From Azolla caroliniana (taxonomy: Eukaryota; Plantae; Polypodiophyta), in the NCBI GenBank assembly GCA_043228905.1, contig JBHGNT010000002.1, forward strand, positions 21,576,001 to 21,640,000: 64,000 bases of DNA, written 5' to 3'. Numbering within the stretch: position 1 is the stretch's first letter; each line of letters starts with the position of its first letter. A program made the translations under genes and the position numbers. The notes beneath the pieces are model-generated. The model was not told the origin of the DNA and ran no database searches. It saw nothing but the letters and a program-made list of their open reading frames with translations. This document shows, piece after piece, positions 1 through 13,420 of the stretch.

Positions 1-47
1 ATGACATTCACTCCTGAGCCACCATTGATAATCGTATTTTCGATTTC

Positions 48-2138
48 CTAACCCTGAATTATTACCTTAATTGATGGATTTTGCTCATCCATGATTGAAG
101 GGTTGTTGCTCAGTTGACTATAATTTACCGATACTTGTTCTGACCCTTTTTGGGCAGTCAATGTCGCTACTTTTTCGGTAAATCTAGGGACCAACTTAAG
201 TAATCCGATTAGTGGTAATGACACTTGGCAATCTACCAAGAGCTTCCAAGCTTCCTCTTGTTCTGGTACAAGAATCACTCCTGGTAATTCATTAACTTGA
301 TTAATTTCATTGTCTTGGAGCATCCGGTTTACATTATTTCTGTTTGCTTCCTCTACCCATTCCTTGGCTGCTTTCCGGACTGCTTACTGAATCTCCCACT
401 TGGATTGTTTACTTTTTCTCCTAGTGGTTACTTGATGTATTTCTGGTATAACCATATTAACCGCCGGTCCTTTCCCTTTAGCAGGGCACTGATTAGCATA
501 ATGACCAGTTTGACGGCAAATATAGCAAGTAGGAACAAATGTTCCACTTCCCTCGCCTTGCTCAAACTGACTAGTCCCCTCATTTTGCATAAACTGTTGA
601 CCATCATTCGGCGATTGTTGAAACTGTTGTGAGGCTTTCAGTTTGTAGAATTTTTTATTTTTATACTGGTTCTGCTTAAACCGTCCTCCATTTTGTTGTT
701 GCTGATTCATATTCGATGGTACCGAGAATTCTTGATTTTGTTGAAAATCTTGATTGTGCTGAAAATTACTTTGTTGGAAAGATTGATTATTTTGTTGAAA
801 ACCTGGATTCAGCTGGAATTTATTTTGCTGAAAGGTTTGATTGTTTTGAAAATTATTTTATTGAGCTTGTGGAAAACTATTTTGTTGGTATCCATTATTG
901 AACGAATTCTGTTTATTGTGGTACCCATTTTCCGGAAAAATTTGTCTTACCGGAGCCGTCGTTTTATTAAGCAAGTTATACTCACATTGCTCAACCGAAT
1001 GAAGTTTAGAATGACATATTGTGCAATGTGTTCGCAGACTACACTCGATCGTCGAATGACCGGTATTTAAACAAGTAGTACACTGAACTGCTTGTCGAAA
1101 TTGTAACTCCTCCATCGTTGGCAGTGTATGATATAGTGCTGACATATCCATACTTCGTACATTTATCGGCTGTCGGCCCATAGCGATTGCCTTATCAATC
1201 ACTTGCTCGATATTTTGATTCCGGAAATCGAACACCTTCAGTGTTGTTCGTAATGGTTCCCGAATTACACTGAACTGCTTGTCGAAATTGTAACTCCTCC
1301 ATCGTTGGCAGTGTATGATATAGTGCTGACATATCCATACTTCGTACATTTATCGGCTGTCGGCCCATAGCGATTGCCTTATCAATCACTTGCTCGATAT
1401 TTTGATTCCGGAAATCGAACACCTTCAGTGTTGTTCGTAATGGTTCCCGAATTGCTTCAAGGAATACATCCTTCAATTCATCGTCCGGAATAGGCCTACA
1501 AATTTGCAATGCAAATTTTGAAAATGAATCACGAATTGAGACACCGTTTCCTACTACTCCTGAGATAACACATAAATTTGCGCTATCAAGTCTTTTTGAG
1601 GTATTTGACAATGAAATAAGTGCAGAAATTTGTTGTTCAATTGTTTGAATGTTTCGAAACCACGAAGACCATTTTACGCAAACCAATTAGCAGAATAACC
1701 CTCTAATGACAAAATGAACTCAACAATCTTTGACTTATCTTTTGTTGCCGCCGACAGTCTCTGAGCTCCATGGTTAATCTCCCATGTTGTCACAAAATCC
1801 CTCACATGCGCTTCTGCATCAGCTCCCTCGCGGAACTTTGAGTACGGATAAGGCATATTGTCCTCACTCTAAATATCGTAAAATGATACCTCTTCCGGCT
1901 GATTTTCGTCAGAAGACTGGCTATCAGTTAAATCAGGAAGTACCGTTCACCTTCTACTTGTTTCGCACTGTAAGCCCTCAGCCGATTCCGTCTCTAGCGT
2001 CTTCGTAACAGAACGCATACGAGGACGTTTACAACTAACTGGTGTATTTGGACCAGACGACATCCATTCGTCTTGTTCTCTGCTATGTGTAGATGTAACC
2101 GGGCGTGCCAAAATTATACTGTGTTGTTCGGTCGACAA
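48..2138 (-). pseudogene. gag: gag (three CCHC zinc knuckles, Q/N-rich linker) leading toward protease, disrupted
   Basis: CTTCLNTGHSTIEC, CTICHSKLHSVEQC and CYICRQTGHYANQC motifs; stops plus a 187-bp duplication. Homologous to the ORF at 11452-12261. Confidence 0.8.
1080..1453. repeat. 187-bp direct tandem duplication inside gag of X
   Basis: 1080-1266 and 1267-1453 read identically (ACACTGAACTG...CCCGAATT). Confidence 0.95.
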
Positions 2139-2269
2139 TTGCTATTTTCCCGACACAGTATAAGACGAACGTTCATCTCGAACGTTCTATCAAGAAGTTG
2201 TGGTTAGACGAATAGATACGAATTAGCTCTAAACTTATCGGTGATAACAGACACCGAGATCGTGACTTA

Positions 2270-2583
2270 TGTAATATAGCTTGGACAGAAATAAACAGAT
2301 GACAAGACGCAATCCGTACACAGAGATTTCCTAACCAAACTTTATATTACTAAATACAACGATAGATTTTTACAATGCCTTCAGTTCCTTTTATAAGTAA
2401 CCTGAAGGTCTTTCTCATCAAGAAATCCTACTGCTTATACTTAACAAGAATTACAAAACTTCGTAACTAACTATGTCCTATTCGACTATTTGCTGAGTCA
2501 TCGATCCGAACTGTCGATTCGACTCCGACTCCGACTCCGAACATCTTTCCGATTCCGATAGATTCATACTTGTCCGGGTAACA
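2270..2583 (-). repeat. Candidate 5' LTR of element X
   Basis: TGTAA...TAACA termini, TATAAAA on the minus strand, upstream of gag; partner LTR is not in the window. Confidence 0.55.
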
Positions 2584-2964
2584 TGTGTGCCTACTCCACT
2601 TTGTACTTGACTATTGTAGAGCCTACGGTCGACCACCGGCACTGATCCGGTTGTAATCACCCACAGCACTACGCGCATATATTGATTAATAGAAACTTAT
2701 CTGCCGAACGTAAGTTGTTCTTAGCATCTCTGCCTGTGCCTGTCTCTACACACGATCCTCTTACACTATCTCTCTTGTGTCGCTAACCTTCTCTGTTTAA
2801 ACCACGGTCTCAGGGCTCACGTAAAGCACAGACTCTTCCTCCTCATTTCTTGATTCCTTGGTTCAAGACCCCCGCGGTCTTGCCCAACTTCTACGCATCT
2901 GCGACGATTTCCTCGACATATTTCGTGAACCCGATGTGAAGAAGGGTGGCAAAAGAATCTGAAA

Positions 2965-5068
2965 ATGACAGGGAGCGAACTTGCAGAAGCAATGGCGGTG
3001 GCGGTAGACCACCTGGTTAGCGCTCGCGAGGGCGCTAGTGCCCTCGACAGGGCCATAGAAGCAACGGTCCACAAGATAGGACGGTTAAGTGGGAAAGATG
3101 CCACGAGTTACTTAGAGGCCTAAAAATCTGAAATGCAGATGAGGAATATACCCTAGGATAGACGGCTGACAAGGTTTCCCCGGGTTGTGACACCACACAT
3201 CCATACGGAGATGGTCGAAATACAAGCGGGCTGCCATGATTGGGCGGAAGTTCTCGAAAGATATAGCTACGATGACTCGCTCCGACTATCGAGAAAGGAC
3301 TTTATGGATTGGGTCAACAACCCCGACAAGGGTCAAAACGCTTCGGCGCTCCTCTAAGAGTTTGAGTCACGGTTCGCACGGTTCTCTAGATTTGACTGAA
3401 CCGTGCTCGAAACGAGCAAAGTCATGTTTTTTGTCACGTCGTTTGACTCGCGCATTCGGGAAAGCGTGGGTCTTCTTCTGGAAACCAACTGTGGTCTCAC
3501 GACTAATTAGGCAACCATCAAAGAAGTATGTAGTAGGATTGACAAACAACGAGATTGGAAAGAAACGGGGTCCTCGCCGCCCGAACTAGAGCCGAGCCGA
3601 CACCGACACGAATGGAAGAAATGAGGAGGTGGCTCGAACTAGGCCCACCCTTGGCAAACGTAGTCGCGGGGCCTGCAGGTGGCACAGGACTCGAAGAACT
3701 GACAACGATGGTGCGCGACTTCCAGATCGCCCAGGCCCGACGAAGCGACGAGGGTCAATCGCGCGACCGACGACCGCCGGCCAATTAGAGGTGCATATGG
3801 TGCAATGCCACCGGACATTCTCGAAGGGACTGTGCTGACCTCGGTGAAGCGCTCAGAAGTAATGTAGTTTATCTTTCGAATGGCAGGATACATGCGAGCG
3901 ACACACGAAGATTGCATGACGCGAATTTCTGACGTGGTGGAATGAAGAGGCTAATGGAAGAGGCCGCAGCACGGCACATCGAAGCCGTCCACTACTCGGC
4001 TTCGGCCTGCATCCGCGTAGGCGAAAGGAAGGCCAAACCCGATTCAAACCCTGGGTTCTGGCCGGTTATTCTCGAGACCTTGTCCGGAGGAAGGTTGCAG
4101 AAGGGAGAAGCGGAGCGCGCGGAGGAGCATGTGCACGAAGTTACCGGTTGGAGTGATCCTATTGAGGAGAGCACCGGCTTTGTGGAGACCGCGTGCAGGA
4201 ACTACGAGGCCCTAATTGACGAAAGGTGAGCGGGGAAAACCAGGGGAGCGGGCCCTTTTGGGAGGTATGACACCCGAAGCACGCCGAAAAGGCAAGATGC
4301 CACTCCGACCAAGTCCCAGGAGAAGGAGAAGGGCAGTGTTCCAAGCTTCCGTTTAAGCTCGGAGATCGAGGAAACAACGAACCTACAGATGGTTCTAGAG
4401 GAGCGAGTTCTCGACAGTCACGTAGAACTCACGATTAGGGAAGTGCTTGGCATAGAGAGAAGGGAATTCCACGATAGCATCGTGGACCTCGTGAAGAGAA
4501 AGCATCTCACGATGGAGCCGGAGCCCGAGAAGCCGATTGAGGTAAGGGCGTACTCCTCGACGAGATGGCCACAGAAGACGAGCTTGCGGAGAGCCACTAC
4601 ACCAGGCCGCATTGGGCAAGAGTGACTACCAAAACCCTGGTTCGTATCGGGGACGTGAAGGAACCGGTGGTGGCATTAATCGACCACGGGTCAGAAATTA
4701 ACCTGATGTCCATGGACTTCTACAAAAAGGGGAATTGGCCGATCAACACCAAACATAGGTGGAAGATACGCGCAGCTACAAGAGCCACAAAAGAACTACA
4801 CGGGACTTGCTCGAACGTCAGGGTGAGCGTTGGAGATGTCGATATAAACCAACACTTTTTCATGCAAGAGACGTCCTCCCACCTGGTCATCCTAGGCGAA
4901 CCATACATCACGACGGTTAGAATGGAAACGAAAGTACTGGAGAATGGTTCAGCCTATGCAAGGGTAAAGAGTCAGGACGGCTGTCATTCCGTCCAATTTT
5001 TGACCGTTCGGAAGAATCACAAGCGGAACAGGGACACCCTCAGAAATAACGACAAGGCAGAGTTTTAG
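2965..5068 (+). pseudogene. gag: gag-protease ORF1 of A
   Basis: Homologous to the H and I gag; protease ALIDHGSEINL; multiple stops and frameshifts. Confidence 0.85.
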
Positions 5069-8000
5069 AAAAGGCTATCAAGGCGTGGGGTCACGATAGT
5101 CCGGATAGCCGGAAAATTCCCCACATTTGTAAACTAGGAAGGAAAGTTTTGTTCTCCGATAACGGGGGATGTACTATAGCCATCATCAGTGGCCGAGAAA
5201 GAAAGCGGGCCGAGATACGCTTAAAGGTGTGCCGAGCCTTGAGTCATGATGAAGGGATTGGGGAAGCCATGGAGGTAGTCTCGTTCCATGATACCCTTGA
5301 GAAATCAGGAAGGTAGTCGAGGGAGGCCTAAGCGAAGACCGAGTCATACTGGTCAACTCGGTTGACATGTATGAAGTCATTGCGAACTTCGAAAGTAAAA
5401 CCAGGGCGCATCGGATCGCCCAAGTAGACACGAAGTACAAGACTGTGGACTGGAAGGTGAAGCCCGTCGCGGCCCCCTTACCGGAGGGCAGCTGGGGTCG
5501 AATAAAGGGGCTCCCTACCAACCCGAGCTTGCAAGATCTTGCCGGCATAGGACATCGTTTCACAGATAAAACGCTATGAGAGCTGAAGATTGGTGGGGGT
5601 GGTTTCTTACTGCCAACAGAAGAGGACCGGTTCAGAAGGATGCTCGAGAGCCACGGGAAAGCCTTCATATTCTCGTTGGGAGAGATCGGGTGCGTCGACC
5701 TAACCATTGTTGAACCAATGGTGATCTTTACCGTGCCGCACGTGCCATGGAGTCTCAAACCAATTCAAGTACTGAGAGCTCACATGCTAATGTTGATGGA
5801 GCTTCTTAAGCAGAAGGTGGAGTTGGGCATCCTCGAACCATCCAGTGCCCCATACTCTAACCGGTGGTTTACAGTACCAAAGAAGAACGGTACGTTGCGT
5901 TGCATCGAGGACTTACAACCGGTCAACAAGGTGACCATCCGCAATACGGGAGTTGGGTCGTCGATCGATGAGTTCGCGGAAGCCTTTGCCGGAAGGTCCA
6001 TATACTCGGTCGGAGACCTTTACTCAAGGTACGACCAGTTGCAGCTGACTGTGGAAAGCAGGGACATCACAACAATGTGAACCCCTCTCGGCCTAGTTCG
6101 AATGTGTACCCTACCATAGGGAGAGACCAACTCGGTGGCACACATGGTGTATGCAATGAACACAGTCCTACAGGACTGCATTCCAGACATCACCAAGCCT
6201 TTCCTGGACAACATCCCTATCAAGGGGTGTCCGGAGGACACCAAGGATGAATCGATCGGCACGGACGGGTGCCGACGGTTTGTCACGGACCATATCTCTG
6301 ACTGCGAGAAGATACTACAGAGGCTCCAAGACGCGCATCTTACCTTCTTGGGAGAAAAGTCGGCCTTCGGACAGCCAAAGATCTTAGTGTTGGGCCATCT
6401 ATGTGGGTCATATGGCCGGAAGCCATCGCCGACCAAGGTAGAGGCCATCTTGGCAATGAAGGAGGAGTGCGGATCCATCATAGAGGTCCGGTGATTCATA
6501 GGAGCATGCGCCTTTTACCACATATGGATCCCTCATTACATGCACATCGCCGAACCACTCTATGGCTTGCTAAAGAAGAGCAAGAAATTCGAATGGAGAA
6601 AGGAACATACCGAGACGGTCCGGAGGCTAAAATGAACGCTCACCGTGGCACCAACTTTACGCAGACCAGAATACGCATCGGGAACTCCGGTCTACATCAC
6701 GGTGGACACCAGCCCGACCGGTATTAGATGGGTCGTAAATCAAGAGGACGAAGACAACACGCGTTTCCCTATCTGGTTCGGTGCGAAGGTACTGAGCGAG
6801 TGACAACGAGGATACACCCAAGTCAAGCGCGAGCTATGGGGTATCGTTTCGGTGGTTAAGGTCGACAAAGATTACCTAATCATGACAGAAGTGATTATAG
6901 AAACGGACTTCTTACCAATTCTCAATATGGTCTCTAGATGCTCAACTCCCGACCTGGCCATGCTCAGGTGGATTGCGTACATCAAGTCTTGAACCAAGAG
7001 ATACGACACATCTCGGGTAAAGACAACACCATGGCCAATATGCTTTCCAGAGCAAGGTTTGAGGACGAGCACAACATGGTATCAGAGAACGAAGAAGTCG
7101 GCACAGACTTCTTCAATCAGCAAGGATGAGGATAAAAGGGCAAAGCGCTCCGCCCTTGAATGAATTCGACGAAGACGACTATGATGGGGAGTGGCTTCTA
7201 ATCAGAAGATTTCTAAAAACAATGACGGCAGATGCCTCGATGACTAGGGAGGAAGCGGGACAGCTTCGAAAAAAGGCATATCGATATTTCCTACGGAACG
7301 GGAAAATCTGGACGGTCCCAAAAAAGCAAAACGATGTGCTGCTCTGAGTAATAGCACTGGCGGATGATCAAGAGAAGTTAATATCGGAGTTCCGGGGCAG
7401 CCCTTGGTCTGGACACCGGGGTACATGGGCCACATTCGAGAAGTTAAAGGAGAAATACTGGTGATCGGGTATATATTGTTAGGAAACAGGTCCCTCCGAA
7501 TGGGAAGTGTGAAGAGCCAGATGACGAGTACCCGGCAACGGAAGACTCGGTGAGAACCGGATGTAGAGTATCTGGCAACGGAAGACCCGGTGAGAACTGG
7601 ATGACGAGTACCCGACAAGGAAGACCCGGTGAGAACCGGATGATGAGTACCCGGCAAGGAAGGCCCGGTGAGAAGTGCTCACCGGATGAAGGGACATATT
7701 CGTAAATATGTTTTCTGAGAGTCCATCAGGGCTATATTTGTAAATAGCCGAAAAATCATATTAATATAAATATGACTTAGGGCAAACTCAGTAAAGTGTG
7801 TGTAGTTGTCATTCTTGTTGGTGCAAGATTTGAGTGTGTAACTGTGTACAGTGAGAGAGAGAGAGAGAGGAAGAGGTCGTTGCCTTTGTTGTAACCGCCG
7901 CCTGTGGCAAAGATAACAAGCTCGAGGTCGAGGTCGTTGCCTCTGTTGATCGTCGGACGGGACCAAGCCAGAATACGGATGCTGAAAAACGCTCTCAACC

Positions 8001-9242
8001 GAACTTTCGCAATGAAAGACTTGGGTCCGACAAGAGAGATGTTGGGGATGCATATCATCCGGAACCAACCAACGAAACAATTGTGGCTGTCATAGGAGAA
8101 ATACGTGACAAAGGTGCTTCAACGGTTCAACATGTTAGAAGCAAAACCAGTCGGATCGACACTCCCGGCAAACTGCAGACTATCCGGTAAGCAAAGCCCG
8201 AATACGAAAGCGGAGAAGGCTGATATGATGAAGGTTCCATATGCCTCTGCCATCAGGAGCTTGATGTACGCAATGGTGTGTACTCGATCAAATATTGGAT
8301 ATGCAATCGGAGTGGTGAGCTGGTTTATGAGCAATCCCGGCAAGGAGCACTGGAATGCGGTCAAATGGATACTCCGGTACTTGAAGGGCACTTCGAACAT
8401 GTGTCTCCGATTCGGCTCCGGTAAACCTCAATTTGAGGGTTTTACCGATTCGGACATGTCGGCTGATGTGAATACTAGCCGGTCTACATCTGGGTATGTA
8501 ATGACATATGCATGGGAAGGTGTTTCATGGCAGTTGAGGCTGCAGAAGACGGTTGCGTTGTCAACCACGGAGGCGGAGTACATGGCGGCTGTGGAAGCCG
8601 ACAAGGAAATACTATAAGGACTTCATCGGAGAGCTCGGTATCTGCCAAGACGTATACCGGCTCTATTGCGACAGTCAAAGTGCCATTCACCTTGCTAAGA
8701 ACGCAGCGTACCACTCGAGGACAAAGCACATCCAGCGTAGGTATCACTAGATCCGGGAGCGAGTAGAAGATTGAGAGTTTGTGCTGATGAAGATCCACAC
8801 GGCCGAGAATGGGCCAGATATGCTGACCAAAGTACTGATACCTGACAAGCTGGATGCATGTCGGAAGCGGATCGGACTAGTAAGACATCCCATGCCGGAG
8901 TGAAGGGGGAGTTTGTTAGGAAACAGGTCCCTCCGGATGGGAAGTGTGAAGAACCAGATGACGAGTACCCGACAACGGAAGACCCGGTGAGAACCGGATG
9001 TGGAGTACCCGGCAAGGAAGACCTGGTGAGAACCGGATGACGAGTACCCGACAAGGAAGGTCCGGTGAGAAGTGCTTACCGGATGAAGGGACATATTCGT
9101 AAATATGTTTTCTGAGAGTCCATCGAGGCTATATTTGTAAATAGCCGAAAATTCATATTAGTATAAATATGACTTAGGTCAAACTCAGTAAAGTGTGTGT
9201 AGTTGTCATTCTTGTTGGTGCAAGATTTGAGTGCGTAACTGT

Positions 9243-9276
<34 letters not shown>

Positions 9277-10580
9277 AGAGGTTGTTGCCTTTGTTGTAAC
9301 CGCCGCCTATGGCGAAGATAGCAAGCTCGAGGTCGTTGCCTCGGTGCTTTACTATTGTACATTGTGATATAGTGATAGTTTACAGTCTGTGGGCTGCCGT
9401 GGTTTTTCCCTAGTTTGGGTTTTCCACGTTAACATCCTGTGTACTCTTCTCTTCATTGTGCCGTGCATTCATTACCCGTTTTCTGTGTTTGATCCTAGGC
9501 TCGGCTGTGGCCAAGTGTTGTTCATCGGGAACGTGTATTCCTGTCATATATAAGAGCATGCACGATTTCGTGTCCACGTGCGAAAGCTGCCAGATGCACT
9601 CAGTGGTTCGACACTGCGACGAGCTGCACCCAACATACCCCCCGACCGTGCACTTCAAATGGATGGTCGACTTAGTAACGATGCCGATAGGAGAGGGTCA
9701 AAAGAGCTACCTAGTGCTGGCTTGAGAAGACCTAACGAACCAGGTAGAGGGCCAAGCACTAACGAACAAGACCACCGCGGTAGTATGTAAGTTTCTAATT
9801 GAAGATGTCATATACCGATATGGGTGCTTGGGGAAAATTGTGGCTGACCGAGGCGAGCTGGACACGGAAGACGCCGAGGAACTGTTTGATCGGTTAGGCG
9901 TAAAACTGTCCCTTACGACGGTGTATAACTCGGAGGCAAACAGAAAGATTGAACGGGGCCACGGTCTGATCGTAAAAGCCATTCTACGAGCGTGCGAAGG
10001 ATGAGTCGGTGGCTGGCCGAGGTTGCTCCCTTACGCGTTGTGGGCGGACTGGACTACCCACAGTTCGGTGACAGGGTACATGCCGGCGGAACTAATGTTT
10101 GGATAGAAACCCATCATGCCAGTGGATCAGACTATCGCCTCGCAGACAACAATCGATTGTGCCAATGAAATGAGCTGAGAAGAATTGCTCGCGGCCTGAA
10201 TCCGGCAGCTCGAGCGAAGGCCAGAAGATGTGGAGCGGCCCACGGCGAGGGTGAGAGAAGCGAGAATCCAGAATAAGGCCCGGTTCGACCGAATACACCG
10301 GCTCCGGCCAAGGAAGATTGAGGATGGCGATTGGGTGTTGGTCTACGACAGCAACCTCGACAACCAGCATAGGTCTACACGTAAGTTCGCGAAGCGATGG
10401 TTCGGGCCATACATGGTAATTAGCATCAATGATAATGCGACGTATCATCTCGTGGAGCTCGACGGGACCTGAATGACGACTCCTATGGCCGGGAAGCGGA
10501 TAAAGGCCTTCAAGAGGTGGAGCGAGGCGGAACCAAACCCAGGAGCCGAGAGCACCGGTTCAGAAGGGGAGGACGAGTAG
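5059..10580 (+). pseudogene. pol: RT-RNaseH-integrase ORF2 of A, split by Copia C at 7477-9546
   Basis: SSAPYSNRWFTVPKKNG RT motif; HHCC zinc finger, core integrase and WFGPY module. Confidence 0.85.
7477..9546 (+). mobile_element. Internally deleted Ty1/Copia element C (2.07 kb)
   Basis: TG..CA ends; TATAT TSD (7472-7476 / 9547-9551) restores the host integrase frame. 5' LTR truncated at about 7943 and fused to the RT C-terminus; RNase H (TDSD, EAEY, CDSQSAI, TKHI); PPT; 3' LTR 8914-9546. Confidence 0.93.
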
Positions 10581-10654
10581 CATATGGCCCGGAATCCCTC
10601 ACTAAAATCGTTGCTCGACGCATAACGGACTATGTGCGGTTTAGTGGGGGTGGA

Positions 10655-11405
10655 TGTCGTGAAGATTTCGGGCCATAGGTGGAAACAAGGTGAAACGCGT
10701 GGGAGCATTGGTGTGCACGAGTGCACACCCCTAGTGAATTAAATAGTGTAAGTACTAGGCACAGGTTGTTAAGGCATTAATAGGGATTCAGACATCGCGT
10801 AAGTAGGGAGAGTTACGAGGAGAGCGAATCAAGGAGGAGAATCTAGGAAGGGAAAGCGACAAGTCATGAATGCCTTGTAACAGTCGCTCCTTGTGCTATA
10901 AAAGGGGTGACCTTTGACTGTTTGGGGGGATGTCATTTTTCAGAAGTAATCGAGAGAGGAGAAAGGGAACAGAGAGAAGACCAGACGAGGAGTCCTACGA
11001 GAGATCACCGGAAGGCGCTTCCCCTGCTCGCGTCAGACGCCCGAGTGCTCCCGACCAGGGATCGACCTTTTGGGTGCCTACTCTACTTTGTACCTAACTA
11101 CTGTAGAGCCTACGCTCGACCACCGGCACTGATCCGGTTGTAATCACCCACAGCGCTACGCGCATATATTGATTAATAGAAACTTATCTGTCGAATGCAA
11201 GTTGTTCTTAGCATCTCTACCCGCGTCTATGTTTACACACGATCTTCTTACACTATCTCTCTTGTTTTGCTAACCTTCTTTGTTTAAACCATGGTCTCAG
11301 GTCTCACATAAACCACAGACTCTTCCTCCTCATTTCTTGATTCCTTGGTTCAAGACCCCCGTAGTCTTGCCCAATTTCTACGTATCTGCAAGGGTTTCCT
11401 CGACA
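10655..11405 (+). repeat. 3' LTR of A (751 bp)
   Basis: TGTCG...CGACA, preceded by PPT; 3' half matches 2584-2918. Confidence 0.93.
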
Positions 11406-12462
11406 ACGCGTCCTCGCATTCAATCGGACACCGCATAACACGACTTTCTCCATGGGCTCTTTGCGAAGCACCCTTCCTCAGGAGGACAATCGTTTCCGAC
11501 AAGCCCTCCAATGCACAGCCTGCTCAGGTTTGGGCCATCTGGCTCTCGAGTGCCCTCACCGGCCACATTGGCCAATCTGTCAGTCCCGATTTCACACGAT
11601 CGAACAATGTGAATACAACATGCTCAACCGCACAACGACGGCTCCGGTTCACCAGATCGAGCCTCGAAATACATTCTCACGGCAGGATGAGCGTCAGTCC
11701 TATCGACATCGGGATAACGAGCGACCACGGTCCCCAGATCATCAGCACCGCGACGACGACTACCGCCGTGACGACGACCGCTACCGCCATGACAACCGCA
11801 AGAGATCGGAAGACCGCCGTGACCACTACCGCGATGACGAATATAGAGCAAATGACGAGTATGACCGGTACGACAACGATGGGGATGACCAGTACGATCA
11901 ACGATATTCACAAAATGATAGAAGAAACTCTTATAGAGGTTCGCGGAACAATCGACGGCATAACGACAATTGTCGTCGGGACCCTCCTCCAAACGTACCG
12001 CACAACTCTCTTCCCCATAATGCGCCACGGGCCAACACGCCTACACAAGCGGCCGGGAACCACTCACACCCTCTCCCACACATTGAGCACGGTGACACCA
12101 ACAACTCAACATCGGTTACCTGCTTTAAGTGTAACCAACCCGGCCACTACGCTAACCAATGCCCAACGACGGACCGCAGCAAGGCCCCAACTGTGAATAT
12201 TATTATGGCCGATGTTCAACACGTCACTACACGTAGCAAAACCCAGGCCATCCAATGGTGAGTACAAGATGACGTCCGACAAGCAACCAAGGAGTGGATT
12301 GACACCGCCAACAAAAGCCACGTGGAGCGGACGCACACAGAGATGCAGGACGTGACCATCAGAGCACCACAACCTACAGGACCATCCACCGCGGCAAAAG
12401 ATGACCATTTGTGGGACGCCCTTACCAGTTCTAGGATCTCGCTGCCATTGCATAAGCTTCTA
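11406..12462 (+). pseudogene. gag: Gypsy element B gag (zinc knuckles, R/D-rich region), host of A and of the Sola2-like transposon
   Basis: FRQALQCTACSGLGHLALEC and CFKCNQPGHYANQC; frame rejoins at 24164 as HKLL|PLMPRF. Confidence 0.85.
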
Positions 12463-13013
12463 GGGTAAAAGCATGCGAGTGGAAACACTATTATAGCTAA
12501 TTAGCTACTAAAATGGCCATAGCTAATTAGCTATTTGTTTAGCTAGTCTTTCTTGTGGGAAAATCAAATATTTGAAAAACTAATTTATGAAAAAACTCAA
12601 ATATTTGAACTTCTGTTTCAGACGTAGTGGAACTTGGGGAATATCACCATCATCTAAGGTCGACTTCAATGTCATCAATTTCCTGTTTAGCCTAAGTCTG
12701 ATTTTGAACGCAGATGGAGTACTCAGAGCACGAACGCAGATGTAGCTCCCGCAACAGCAAAAAATCGACATTGCAGATTGAGAGCTACAACACATAACCC
12801 GCTCGATCATCGTCCAGGTATGTTTCAGTTACAGAAACCCCAAACATTTGTTTTTTCTTTTTGACTACTGTCTGAACTTTGGTGCCGATTCATATTTCCC
12901 CAAAATCGAATAGGGCGAAGTCCTTGGAGTCCCATACAAGGATGTCTCGCAAATCGGGGAGTAGCAACAGGTGTGTTTATATTACTTTTTTTGTGTTTAA
13001 TCCTGTCTTTAGT

Positions 13014-13420
13014 GATTAGGGTTTGTGATTGAAATTTCTGATTAGGGTTTGTGATTGAAATTTCTGATTAGGGTTTTTGATTATAAATTTCTGATTAGAA
13101 TTTCTGAATAGGGTTTCTGGTTACAAATTTTGATTACAAATTAGAATTTCTGAATAGGGTTTTTGTTTATAAATTTCCGCTTAGGATTTCTGATTAGGGT
13201 TTGTGATTGAAATTTTTTATTAGGGTTTCTGATTGAAATTTCTGATTAGGGTTTTTGATTATAAATTTCTGATTAGAATTTCTGAATAAGGTTTCTGGTT
13301 ACAAACTTCTGATTACAGATTTTGATTAGGGTTTCTGATTTCAAACTTCTGATTACAGATTTTGATTAGGGTTTCTGATTTCAAATTTCTGAATACAAAT
13401 TATGATTAGGGTTTCTGATT
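13014..13420. repeat. Degenerate tandem array of GATTAGGGTTT(C/G/T)TGATT (telobox-like) in intron 2 of the cargo gene
   Basis: Repeated TTAGGGTTT plus TTCTGATT units. Confidence 0.85.

Larger units (their letters stand above)
1..2583 (-). mobile_element. Ty3/Gypsy LTR retrotransposon X (5' LTR + gag, continues beyond window start), inserted into the 5' LTR of element A
   Basis: Minus-strand gag fragments (YSKFREGADAEAHVRDFVTTW; CX2CX4HX4C knuckles). Sequence ends ...TAACA at 2583, where similarity to the A LTR begins. Confidence 0.8.
2584..11405 (+). mobile_element. Ty3/Gypsy element A (tRNA-Trp-primed family), decayed; 5' LTR interrupted by X, integrase interrupted by Copia C
   Basis: 5' LTR remnant 2584-2918 matches 3' LTR 10655-11405; degenerate PBS 2923-2940; gag-PR, RT (FLDN), RH and IN (ADRGE, GPY); PPT before 10655. 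Confidence 0.92.

Noticed and set aside
11345-12196. 283-aa Thr-rich ORF, and the many antisense or overlapping ORFs in GC-rich Gypsy copies
   Set aside because: Shadow frames of gag/pol with no independent motifs.
13014-13420. True telomere or interstitial telomeric tract
   Set aside because: TTAGGG units are isolated within longer degenerate repeats, not (TTTAGGG)n.
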